Virus record (IMG/VR): IMGVR_UViG_3300023174_000036
Coordinates: 248,001 to 312,000 of that record
Length of the DNA stretch: 64,000 bases
Direction: 5' to 3' (one strand)
The first letter of the stretch is position 1, and every line of letters begins with the position of its first letter. The notes under the pieces are model-generated. The model did not search any database. It was not told where the DNA came from and saw only the letters and a list, made by a program, of their open reading frames with translations. The translations under genes were made by a program, and so were the position numbers. Positions 10,024 to 17,899 of the stretch are shown one piece after another.

Positions 10024-11277
10024 TTAGGCAGCTACTGATTTTACAACTGCAAAATTCAATACAGGAGCTTCAGCTACTGCAACTGCATTTGGAGTATAAA
10101 CACTGATTGTAAATGAATCCAATGCGGTATTAGTAACACTGACCATATGGAAGCCTGTGGCGGTTTTTACGCTTACTGATACCACATCAGTTGGATCAAC
10201 TATTGTGTTATTGACTGTGAATGTAGTCACTTGTCCAGCAGTGGCAGTTGTATTAAACAACGTGATAGTGCCGCATGGTGCATTGATAGTAACAGGAGTT
10301 GTTCTGCTAGTACCCTGCGATACAGCACTACCAGCACCTGTTCCGTAGCCAATACCAGCCGCTGAAATTTTAGATTTAGAAATAAACGCCGGGGCGGTCC
10401 ACACGCCTGGAGCAGTAAACTCGCTCAAATAAGCAGTTGCAAAATCATTTGGGGTATTGGGATTAACTAAAATAAATTGTAGTTTTCCCGAAGGTGCAAT
10501 GGTAGTGCCGTTACCCATGTTGGTTACATTGCCAACTATTCCAGCAACTGATGTAAAACCGTCCGAAGGAGCTACTGGAGTAGTTGTAAATCTTGCACGG
10601 AATTGTACTGCACCTAACCCGTCACCAACTTGCGAAATTTGTGGAGCTAACAATGTTCCACGCATTCCGCTGAATGACACGCCCTGAGTGAACGGCATTA
10701 TCTGTATGATATCCAATGACGGTTGTCCAGTATTTTGTGGACCAATTTGTACAACCTTTGCATCAGCACCGCCCAGCGAAAAAATAGTTGGGCCGTCAAT
10801 GGTGTTTGTATTTTGGCCGTTTATTTCAAGTTGGGTGCCAGTAAGTCTAGCTCCGGTAAGGTTAGCAGAAAATGTACCTGCTCCAGTGATATCAATGTTA
10901 CCTGTTCCTGTAATGCTTCGTGTATTTAAGTTTAAGTTTGAGCCTAATCCTGTGACAGACAACGTGCCGCTTACTGTGATACTACCTGTTCCGGTGATAT
11001 TTCTGTTGTTTAGATTTAAATTCCCGCCTAATGTTGGGTTAGTGTCTGCTTGTACACTTACAATACCCGTACCAGAACCGTTAAAGTCTAATCTCTGTGT
11101 AACGTTGTTCCAAACAAGTCCAGTGCCTGCACTAGATGCTAAGATGTTTTTGCCGCCAAGATTAACTCCGTCACCAACATATAGTTTATTGGTATCAGTA
11201 GTCCATACTATTTCACCCAAATCAAAGGCGGCGCTCGGTCTTTGAGCTTCTGTTCCTCGTCTAATACGTAGCGACAT
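10024..11277 (-). CDS. Tail fibre / virion fibre protein
   Basis: N-terminal LRIRRGT...LGEIVWTTDTNKLYVGDG (Mtd/hyaluronidase-type anchor); G/T/N-rich shaft with duplicated NLNLNxRxITGTG. Confidence 0.8.
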   Translation of the reverse strand: MSLRIRRGTEAQRPSAAFDLGEIVWTTDTNKLYVGDGVNLGGKNILASSAGTGLVWNNVTQRLDFNGSGTGIVSVQADTNPTLGGNLNLNNRNITGTGSITVSGTLSVTGLGSNLNLNTRSITGTGNIDITGAGTFSANLTGARLTGTQLEINGQNTNTIDGPTIFSLGGADAKVVQIGPQNTGQPSLDIIQIMPFTQGVSFSGMRGTLLAPQISQVGDGLGAVQFRARFTTTPVAPSDGFTSVAGIVGNVTNMGNGTTIAPSGKLQFILVNPNTPNDFATAYLSEFTAPGVWTAPAFISKSKISAAGIGYGTGAGSAVSQGTSRTTPVTINAPCGTITLFNTTATAGQVTTFTVNNTIVDPTDVVSVSVKTATGFHMVSVTNTALDSFTISVYTPNAVAVAEAPVLNFAVVKSVAA

Positions 11278-11371
11278 GCGTTTATCTCCAATATGCTGTA
11301 ATCAAAATTGATTGATCATTATAGTATATTTATTCATTTGAGCTAAACGCTTATGAGTTTAAACTGCTAAG

Positions 11372-11992
11372 TTAACCCAATTGGGCATGACTTCCATCGC
11401 AGATTAACTGAGTTGTTCGTAATCTACACGTACATAACGGTAACGCATCAGTCATATCGGGTACTAAATTATCACTGTTATACAGCATACCCACGCTTAA
11501 TCGGTCCGCCGTGACTGATTTTACTCGATGCCAATATATGCTGGGGAAAATCAAAATTCTACCTGCTCGAAACTCAACAGTATGCAACAACGAATTGTTG
11601 TCATATTCTCCATAAAAATTTAAATCTCCAGCACCTTTGAGCATTACTACAGCGGCCCAGGTGTTAAACATTGGCCAATCCCTATGTATTGTGTTGGACG
11701 GATCCGTGCTTTTTGGCATGTCATGTATGAACATCTGATACATTTCTATGTTGGCATTTGAGTTTATTTCAAAAAACTTACTGTCTACCAAGGACTTTAG
11801 TTCTTTACACCAGTCAGGAGTCCATTCAGCCCACGTATTCCCGTTTGGCAAAAAATATGGCACACTGGTTTTCCAGTCAAGATTCTCCAATATCATCCAT
11901 GGCAGTTTTTCGCTAGTTGGTTGGAAATCAGTATCAAAGACAAAAATATTTTTTAAATCCATGACATATTTATAATGTAAAATTCCAGTCAA
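11372..11992 (-). CDS. 2OG-Fe(II) oxygenase with C-terminal CDGSH motif
   Basis: IHRD...RILIFPSIYWHRV...R; C-terminal CTCRLRTTQLICDGSH. Confidence 0.75.
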   Translation of the reverse strand: MTGILHYKYVMDLKNIFVFDTDFQPTSEKLPWMILENLDWKTSVPYFLPNGNTWAEWTPDWCKELKSLVDSKFFEINSNANIEMYQMFIHDMPKSTDPSNTIHRDWPMFNTWAAVVMLKGAGDLNFYGEYDNNSLLHTVEFRAGRILIFPSIYWHRVKSVTADRLSVGMLYNSDNLVPDMTDALPLCTCRLRTTQLICDGSHAQLG

Positions 11993-12017
11993 AAAAATAG
12001 GGCCCTAAGGCCCTATT
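11991..12017 (-). terminator. Intrinsic terminator
   Basis: AATAGGGC-CTTAGG-GCCCTATT followed by T run on minus strand. Confidence 0.7.
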
Positions 12018-12029
12018 AAAGTACTACTA

Positions 12030-12635
12030 TTACATTGTGGGTCCGTTACCAGATTTAAATCCTACTGATCCGCCTTCTGCTTCAATGTTACGGATAACAT
12101 CTTCGAACAAGATAGGAGCAAAGTCCGGAGTTTGTTCCACGCATACGCAATGATAACGTGTATCGATATCGTCGCTGTAAAGGATTTCTCCAGTTCTAGC
12201 ATCAACTCCACGAGCCTTTTTCACACGATTTGCGTGTAAGTGTCCGTGAATGTTAACTCCAAAACGACCCATTGAATCTGAGTGTAACGGAATATGACTT
12301 AAGATCATTCCGTTCATAACGTGATAAGCTCTAAGTTCTCTAAAGTGGGCACGGTAGTCCTCATCTTTAAAGATATCGTGATTACCACGAATTAAAACTT
12401 TGTCTCCGTTAAGCCTACGCATGATTGCTAATGCTTTACGGTTGATCACAACATCGCCCAAATGGTACACCTTGTCAGTGGGCTTTACCCGTTCGTTCCA
12501 CGCCTTGACCATTGCTTCGTCCATTTCCTCAGCGGAGTCCCAAGGACGAAGTTTTGTAACACCATCGTTACGTGTGAAGCGGCATACACCTGTGTGTCCA
12601 AAGTGCGTGTCGCTTACTAAGAATACACTTGGCAT
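12030..12635 (-). CDS. Calcineurin-like metallophosphoesterase
   Basis: SDTHFGH, LGDV, GNHD, SHIP, HGHLH motifs. Confidence 0.9.
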   Translation of the reverse strand: MPSVFLVSDTHFGHTGVCRFTRNDGVTKLRPWDSAEEMDEAMVKAWNERVKPTDKVYHLGDVVINRKALAIMRRLNGDKVLIRGNHDIFKDEDYRAHFRELRAYHVMNGMILSHIPLHSDSMGRFGVNIHGHLHANRVKKARGVDARTGEILYSDDIDTRYHCVCVEQTPDFAPILFEDVIRNIEAEGGSVGFKSGNGPTM

Positions 12636-12650
12636 ATTATGCTCCTTTCT

Positions 12651-12824
12651 TTAATAAGTTTCTTTTACAATATTATACTCTTCGGCGGGCCATTTGGCCT
12701 TAAATTCATCAGACTTTACATACTCATTAAATGATTTAGCATCAAAAAACATTTTATGAAACTCTGTTTTCATTGAACCTTTTTTGGTTACTGTTAAGTA
12801 AACCGATTTTGCTTTGCCAGCCAT
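12651..12824 (-). CDS. Small hypothetical protein (57 aa, MAGKAKSVYL...)
   Basis: Translated by eye; AAGG SD upstream; fills the intergenic gap. Confidence 0.6.
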   Translation of the reverse strand: MAGKAKSVYLTVTKKGSMKTEFHKMFFDAKSFNEYVKSDEFKAKWPAEEYNIVKETY

Positions 12825-12850
12825 TGAGTACCTTTCTTGTTTAAGTAGTT

Positions 12851-12879
12851 ATTATACTACTTATTCCGCAATCAGTCAA
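12851..12879 (-). promoter_or_regulatory. Sigma70-like promoter TTGACT-N17-TATAAT
   Basis: Direct motif match. Confidence 0.75.
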
Positions 12880-13339
12880 CCGACCTAAAAGTTCGCCAAT
12901 CATCAATGTTTGGCTTTTCGTCCGTATCATAGGTCCATCCTAAAGCCTTCATCATACGATGTTTGACTAGCAGGTTAGGACTACGGAAACGTTCCGTATC
13001 GTTGAATCCCATCATAACACCAACTTCACAAACCGCACCCGATCTGCAAACGCCAGCATAGCAATGAACCACTACATTCATACGATTTTCCAATGCATGT
13101 TGTAGCAAACGAACTAACTCTGCGGCCTGCTCATGACTACATTTCATTGTTTCCTCTAGCACGGAATCTTTTTCTTCTACATCCAAGAACTCAAAATTGT
13201 GACGCTCTTTGAACTGATGTTTAGGTTCAGGTCGCCAGCTAGCTGGATCAACAATACTGATCAACATGCTATTAGGGCCAGCATCGTGATGAAATCCTGT
13301 TGGAATATCAGCGGCGGCCACATTTTCAATCCAAGGCAT
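12872..13339 (-). CDS. Cys-dependent (PTP-like) phosphatase
   Basis: VVVHCYAGVCRS (HCx5R). Confidence 0.8.
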   Translation of the reverse strand: MPWIENVAAADIPTGFHHDAGPNSMLISIVDPASWRPEPKHQFKERHNFEFLDVEEKDSVLEETMKCSHEQAAELVRLLQHALENRMNVVVHCYAGVCRSGAVCEVGVMMGFNDTERFRSPNLLVKHRMMKALGWTYDTDEKPNIDDWRTFRSVD

Positions 13340-13348
13340 AATGCCTCC

Positions 13349-13594
13349 TTATCTTTTCATTCGTTCGCTTGCAATTTGACAATCAATGCACATCTTGCAA
13401 CCTTTGACTGCTAGTTGTCTTGCTTTGGGAATTTCTTCTCCACATTCATCGCAATGACTTAAACTAGGGCCTGTGGGCAATGCCGCCCTAATCCTTGCTA
13501 CTGCATCAGCGTTCGCAGTAGTTGATAACAGCTGAGCCATATCGGATTCTTCTAAGTTGTCGCCTTGAATGCTTTCATACTCTCTAATGGTCAT
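13349..13594 (-). CDS. TraR/DksA-family C4 zinc finger protein
   Basis: CDECGEEIPKARQLAVKGCKMCIDCQ; N-terminal EESDMA resembles DxxDxA. Confidence 0.85.
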   Translation of the reverse strand: MTIREYESIQGDNLEESDMAQLLSTTANADAVARIRAALPTGPSLSHCDECGEEIPKARQLAVKGCKMCIDCQIASERMKR

Positions 13595-13603
13595 AATTTT
13601 TCC

Positions 13604-14065
13604 TTAAACAAACCAAATTTCTTCAAAACCTTCTTTGTTGGTAGGTTCTTCCCAATTGTCAATCATACCTTGTACAACTTCCCAAGGCACATCTTTACCT
13701 GGCCTGCTGGCTAAACGTTCTTTAAGAACGTCTACTGGCGGTGTACGGAACACAACTGCAATGTGCTTGTAATTTGGAAGCATATTAAACTTCCTAGCAC
13801 GACTTTTAACTGTGGTGCTAGTCTGATCCCAAATTACAGTATGTTCATGATCACGTGCAAATACTACTTGTTGAGCCATTAATTCTACTGCTGTAGGCAT
13901 ATAATCCTTAAACACTTCTGTGTAAGTCTTACCCCGTGTCTTTGCATAATCTTCTACAAACGGATCGGTACTGACCACAGTCAAACCCAAAGCCCAAATT
14001 TGATCTTTGATCCAAGTGCTTTTGCCTGCGGCAGGAACGCCAATTAACTGATAGCATACGGGCAT
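13604..14065 (-). CDS. P-loop kinase (AAA_33 / polynucleotide kinase-like)
   Basis: GVPAAGKST Walker A, IWDQT, RLASR lid. Confidence 0.8.
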   Translation of the reverse strand: MPVCYQLIGVPAAGKSTWIKDQIWALGLTVVSTDPFVEDYAKTRGKTYTEVFKDYMPTAVELMAQQVVFARDHEHTVIWDQTSTTVKSRARKFNMLPNYKHIAVVFRTPPVDVLKERLASRPGKDVPWEVVQGMIDNWEEPTNKEGFEEIWFV

Positions 14066-14250
14066 TAGATCAACCCTACCATTCTAAAATAATCATCATG
14101 AGCAACATAAAAATCTGTCTTTGGATCCCAGTACTTACCTTCTTTTGGATCATAATACAAAATCCAACCGTTAAAGTTAAACGGGCCCTCCAACTTTGGA
14201 ATTGGACCATAACCCTGCATATCTTGTTTTGGAAGAATCTTAAAACCCAT
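14065..14250 (-). CDS. Small hypothetical protein
   Basis: ORF directly downstream of a promoter and SD, coupled to kinase gene. Confidence 0.65.
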   Translation of the reverse strand: MGFKILPKQDMQGYGPIPKLEGPFNFNGWILYYDPKEGKYWDPKTDFYVAHDDYFRMVGLI

Positions 14251-14279
14251 TTCTCGCTCCTGTGTGTTTGTATGTATCT

Positions 14280-14308
14280 ATTATAACATCAAAAAGAAAC
14301 CCAGTCAA
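14280..14308 (-). promoter_or_regulatory. Sigma70-like promoter TTGACT-N17-TATAAT
   Basis: Direct motif match; -35 lies inside the upstream terminator stem. Confidence 0.75.
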
Positions 14309-14326
14309 CCTACGCCGACTGGGTTC
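14291..14326 (-). terminator. Intrinsic terminator of the DUF2828 gene
   Basis: GAACCCAGTC-GGCGTAGGTT-GACTGGGTTT-CTTTTT. Confidence 0.8.
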
Positions 14327-14351
14327 AAAACTGTTGTTTTATAACAACGGT

Positions 14352-15764
14352 TTACAACTTGTAACGATCACTCATTACAGTCTTAAGCATGATGCCTTCT
14401 GGAGTGAATTGATCCATGTCAGCGGCTAGCAAGCTAGTCATGATTGATGGACTGAATCCACTTACCAATGCGGCACCACTCTTGTCTGCCTTAACAGGTA
14501 CGTTATCTGAACTGTTTAGGTTCCAGAAAACAATCTGTGGCACGCTGTAGCCTGCGGCTTCGAACTTGCGTTCGATCATTTCCATTGCGCTGTCGTCGTA
14601 ACGGGCGCATTGGTTGAACTGCATGTCTGACAAGATCAGCAACATGGCTGGCATGTCGCTAGCTGGTACTGAACCCTTAACCGCAACGTCTAGGATCTTG
14701 TCCATAGCCGCATGTAGATTAGTGCTCATGTCCCAATCACTCTTGCTCATTTGAGCAACCTTATCAACAATGTTACCCTTTAGAGTAACAAGTTGTGGCT
14801 TGTCTGAGAAAGTCAAGAATGTGTCCTTGAACACGCCCTTGTTCTTGTCTGCTAGGTACAAGCCCAAGCTGATTGAAACATCCATGCAAGTTACATTAGT
14901 GTTCTTTCCTGCTGGGCAAGACATAGAACCGCTAACGTCTACGATTGGCATGATGCTAGCATCTCCAACGTAGTTTGGCAAGCTGTCCCATTGTGCGATC
15001 ACATGGTCAGTTTCTGTCTTGTCAAACTTTGCACGGTAGCTACCGATCACGCCCTTAAGGACATCGTGTGGGAAAATTGCCGAAGCATTAACCTTCACTG
15101 ATGGATCCTTAGCAATCAGAGCCGCAACATACTCAGCGAATGCTGGGCTGTGACGGTTGAAAGCCTTCTTGTAGATTCGAGAAGCTACAGAAGGAACGTG
15201 ACTGAAGTTGATGTTATCCCAATCTCCTGCACACATTTGGGTTTCAACAACCTTTGTAAGTGCCACAAGGCTTTTACGATATTGCTTTGGAGTCATGCCA
15301 AAGAAGGCACGAACTTCAGCGGCAATTTGACCCTTACGAGGAGTCCACTTTGCGGCCAAACCGTTGTTAGCACGAAGGGCATCACCCAACATGGTATAAG
15401 CGGCTGACTTCAGCACTGGGTTTGAGAAGACAAAGATGTCATCCCAACGGCCCACTTCTGGAACCTTCTTCAACAGGGCCAAAGCGGCGTCTGGGTCACG
15501 CTTTTCTAGGTGTACTAGAATGTCGCGGAACAGTTGACGTTCACCTGCGCCACCACGGACATCACGTGCCCATTGTGCGATGCGTAGTGCAACGTCTTGA
15601 TTTTCCACATAAGCGGCAGTGAAGTCGCCTGTGATGTCCTTACCACGGCTTGCGCCAATGTTATAGAACAAGTCAACACAAGCCGAAGCTGTTGACTTAC
15701 GTGCCTTCATACCGTTTGCGGTACGGGCTTCTTGATTTGCTACTGCTGTTACAAATGCGTTCAT
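14352..15764 (-). CDS. DUF2828-family TROVE/VWA (Ro60-like) protein
   Basis: RDVRGGAGERQLF, GRWDD, AAKWTPR, INFSHVPSVA, MIDAS DVSGS, ILSDMQF, IVFWNL, VSGFS motifs. Confidence 0.85.
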   Translation of the reverse strand: MNAFVTAVANQEARTANGMKARKSTASACVDLFYNIGASRGKDITGDFTAAYVENQDVALRIAQWARDVRGGAGERQLFRDILVHLEKRDPDAALALLKKVPEVGRWDDIFVFSNPVLKSAAYTMLGDALRANNGLAAKWTPRKGQIAAEVRAFFGMTPKQYRKSLVALTKVVETQMCAGDWDNINFSHVPSVASRIYKKAFNRHSPAFAEYVAALIAKDPSVKVNASAIFPHDVLKGVIGSYRAKFDKTETDHVIAQWDSLPNYVGDASIMPIVDVSGSMSCPAGKNTNVTCMDVSISLGLYLADKNKGVFKDTFLTFSDKPQLVTLKGNIVDKVAQMSKSDWDMSTNLHAAMDKILDVAVKGSVPASDMPAMLLILSDMQFNQCARYDDSAMEMIERKFEAAGYSVPQIVFWNLNSSDNVPVKADKSGAALVSGFSPSIMTSLLAADMDQFTPEGIMLKTVMSDRYKL

Positions 15765-15778
15765 TTTAATTACCTTTA

Positions 15779-15835
15779 CAGAATGTGTTGTTTTTCGATT
15801 ATAAGTGAAAAATTGAATTTGCTGTTAACATTCTA
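15779..15835 (-). ncRNA. Y-like ncRNA copy 1 (57 nt, ACAGCAA family; loop CUUAUAA)
   Basis: TAGAATGT-TA-ACAGCAA...ACATTCTG; stem covaries with copies 2 and 3. Confidence 0.65.
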
Positions 15836-15842
15836 AATTTAA

Positions 15843-16008
15843 CAGGATCGTTGTTGACTGCTTTTATTTTACTCAGGCCATCACTCTGAGCTCGTTAGTC
15901 TTGTTTCAATAGTTGCCTTCAACGCTCGGTGTTTTTACGCACTCTACTCCACCAACTACCACAGTGTCTAACAATCCATAGTATATGAATGTTGCTGTAC
16001 CGATCCTA
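15843..16008 (-). ncRNA. Y-like ncRNA copy 2 (166 nt, ACAGCAA family)
   Basis: TAGGATCG-GT-ACAGCAA...CGATCCTG with internal hairpins. Confidence 0.65.
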
Positions 16009-16041
16009 AAACTCTTTAGCATTGTTACTTGCTATACGACT

Positions 16042-16070
16042 ATTATAGTTGATCTACAATAGTTTGTCAC
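16042..16070 (-). promoter_or_regulatory. Sigma70-like promoter GTGACA-N17-TATAAT for ncRNA copies 2/1 and DUF2828
   Basis: Direct motif match. Confidence 0.65.
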
Positions 16071-16101
16071 TATATTTTGGCTAAACTGCTAAAATATATT
16101 T

Positions 16102-16178
16102 TGGAGTGGGTGACAGGACTCGAACCTGCATGGAACGGATTTGCAATCCGGGGCCTAACCATTCAGCGGCACACCCAC
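16102..16178 (-). tRNA. tRNA-Cys(GCA)
   Basis: Cloverleaf, U73, encoded CCA. Confidence 0.95.
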
Positions 16179-16183
16179 ATATT

Positions 16184-16258
16184 TGGTACCTGGACACGGT
16201 TTCGAACCGCGGACCCTCTCGGTGTAAACGAGACGCTCTACCCCTGAGCTATCCAGGC
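16184..16258 (-). tRNA. tRNA-Val(TAC)
   Basis: Cloverleaf, encoded CCA. Confidence 0.95.
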
Positions 16259-16265
16259 AAAATTA

Positions 16266-16526
16266 TTATTTTACTTTGTTAAGATATTTGCGTGGTTCAA
16301 TTTCGCCACGTTGAATTTCTTCAAGCGCAGTAACAATGCTGTGAACATGTTCACGCTTATCACTTTCTTTATTTTGTCTGCGGATTTCTCTTGCACGTTC
16401 ACTTGCGATCAGCACAAGATTAAAACGATTTCCGCCTGCGTGAGCTGTACAAATTTCAGTGTCGATGCCAGGCCCACGACTAAGGTCAAGCGGTTTACGT
16501 ACTTGATTGAATATGCGTTGTTTCAT
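16266..16526 (-). CDS. rpoZ: RNA polymerase omega subunit-like protein
   Basis: GNRFNLVLIASERAREI...IVTALEEI matches omega NRFxLVLxAxxRAR...ALxEI. Confidence 0.8.
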   Translation of the reverse strand: MKQRIFNQVRKPLDLSRGPGIDTEICTAHAGGNRFNLVLIASERAREIRRQNKESDKREHVHSIVTALEEIQRGEIEPRKYLNKVK

Positions 16527-16546
16527 ATGTGCTCCGTTAAAATTAT

Positions 16547-16575
16547 ATTATACAGATAGTTTGTGGAAATGTCAA
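16547..16575 (-). promoter_or_regulatory. Consensus sigma70 promoter TTGACA-N17-TATAAT
   Basis: Perfect consensus. Confidence 0.85.
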
Positions 16576-17256
16576 TTACTTCGGCAAGCTCATGGAGTAT
16601 ACAGTTAAGCCACCATTTTTGGCATTGAAAAAATTTCTAAAATCAACTAATTTATTTTGAAAACTTGGATACACTTTGTGGATGCCAAATGTGTCAAATA
16701 AACTTTTAAATTCTTTATCAGTAAAAGATACTTCAAACGGACAATGCTCTTGATCTATGTATAATATATCAGATGAGTATTGTACTTTTACAACACGTTT
16801 TAATAATTTTCCATACTTGTTGTAAATACCAATTACAACTTTGTCAGTTGCCAATTCATGTATTTTACTCACTGCTTGTTTGTATTTGGGCATATGATGT
16901 AGCACACCGTTAGACAACACTAAATCGTAAGTTTTATCAGTATTCCAAGTTAGAAAATCTTCTTTGTAATAGCTGATATTATAGATGCCATGATTGTTAC
17001 TAAACTGTTTGGCAACGTCAATACTGTCACTGAAGTCAACAGCATCAAATAGTATGTTAGGATGCCTACGTGCTAGGAAGTTGATGATAAATCCGCTTCC
17101 GCATCCAATATCTAAAACTGAACTTGACTGTGATACTGCATCATCAAATATTTTTAAATAGTCATTGCACACTGTACTATCGTAAAATTTCAAATCTTCA
17201 ATAGTATATGTTCCTGGAAATTGCAAACGCGAATAAAATTCTTTAACCTCATTCAT
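16576..17256 (-). CDS. Class I SAM-dependent methyltransferase
   Basis: VLDIGCGSG, AVDFS, YDLVLSNGVLHH. Confidence 0.9.
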   Translation of the reverse strand: MNEVKEFYSRLQFPGTYTIEDLKFYDSTVCNDYLKIFDDAVSQSSSVLDIGCGSGFIINFLARRHPNILFDAVDFSDSIDVAKQFSNNHGIYNISYYKEDFLTWNTDKTYDLVLSNGVLHHMPKYKQAVSKIHELATDKVVIGIYNKYGKLLKRVVKVQYSSDILYIDQEHCPFEVSFTDKEFKSLFDTFGIHKVYPSFQNKLVDFRNFFNAKNGGLTVYSMSLPK

Positions 17257-17893
17257 CTGTCTTTATTACACCAGTTATACTTTTAATATGTTCTTCATAT
17301 TTTGATTCTATTGCAAATAACAAATGAACTCTGTCCGAATTTCCATCATTGTACACACTGTGAATGTCTCTAGTGTCACACAAATATGCTTGTCCTGGTT
17401 GATCAAGTGGTTGATAACCATTCCATGTTAACCATTTAGCATCCTTGCTGGTGTATATTGGAACATGAACTCTGATTAAGTAATCTTCGTCTTTGTGCGG
17501 AACAATATGCGCACCCGGCACAAACACAGTTAAACTAACTTGTTTGGCATATGGACATATTTCCATCAGTTTTTTGATTATGCCAAACACCATAGGTGTT
17601 TGTTTTTCAGTTGCCAAATGTTCTGAACCGTACACAAAGTCCTTGTGTATATTGGTCCATGGCACTACTTTTTTGTTCTCACTCAGTATTTCAGGAACAG
17701 TGATAGCCCAACCAGATGCATTGCGTTTTTTGTTATATTGATTATTAAAATTATAGATGTCATCTCGAATATCCCCGGGGTTATCCATGTAAGACCAATT
17801 GTATTCTTGGTACGATAATCTAAGTTCGTCGTAGTAAGAACGCAGTTGATTTAAATCAATTTGGAAGTTTAAACGTTCAACAGAATCTTTCAT
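17249..17893 (-). CDS. Asp/Asn beta-hydroxylase-type 2OG-Fe(II) oxygenase
   Basis: PGAHIVPHKD...RVHVPI...IHSVYN...RVHL. Confidence 0.85.
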   Translation of the reverse strand: MKDSVERLNFQIDLNQLRSYYDELRLSYQEYNWSYMDNPGDIRDDIYNFNNQYNKKRNASGWAITVPEILSENKKVVPWTNIHKDFVYGSEHLATEKQTPMVFGIIKKLMEICPYAKQVSLTVFVPGAHIVPHKDEDYLIRVHVPIYTSKDAKWLTWNGYQPLDQPGQAYLCDTRDIHSVYNDGNSDRVHLLFAIESKYEEHIKSITGVIKTDE

Positions 17894-17899
17894 GATAAT

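Noticed and set aside
15984-15990. Anticodon-like loop (TAC) in Y-like copy 2
   Set aside because: The hairpin can pair further to a 3-nt loop and lacks U33/R37; not counted as a mimic
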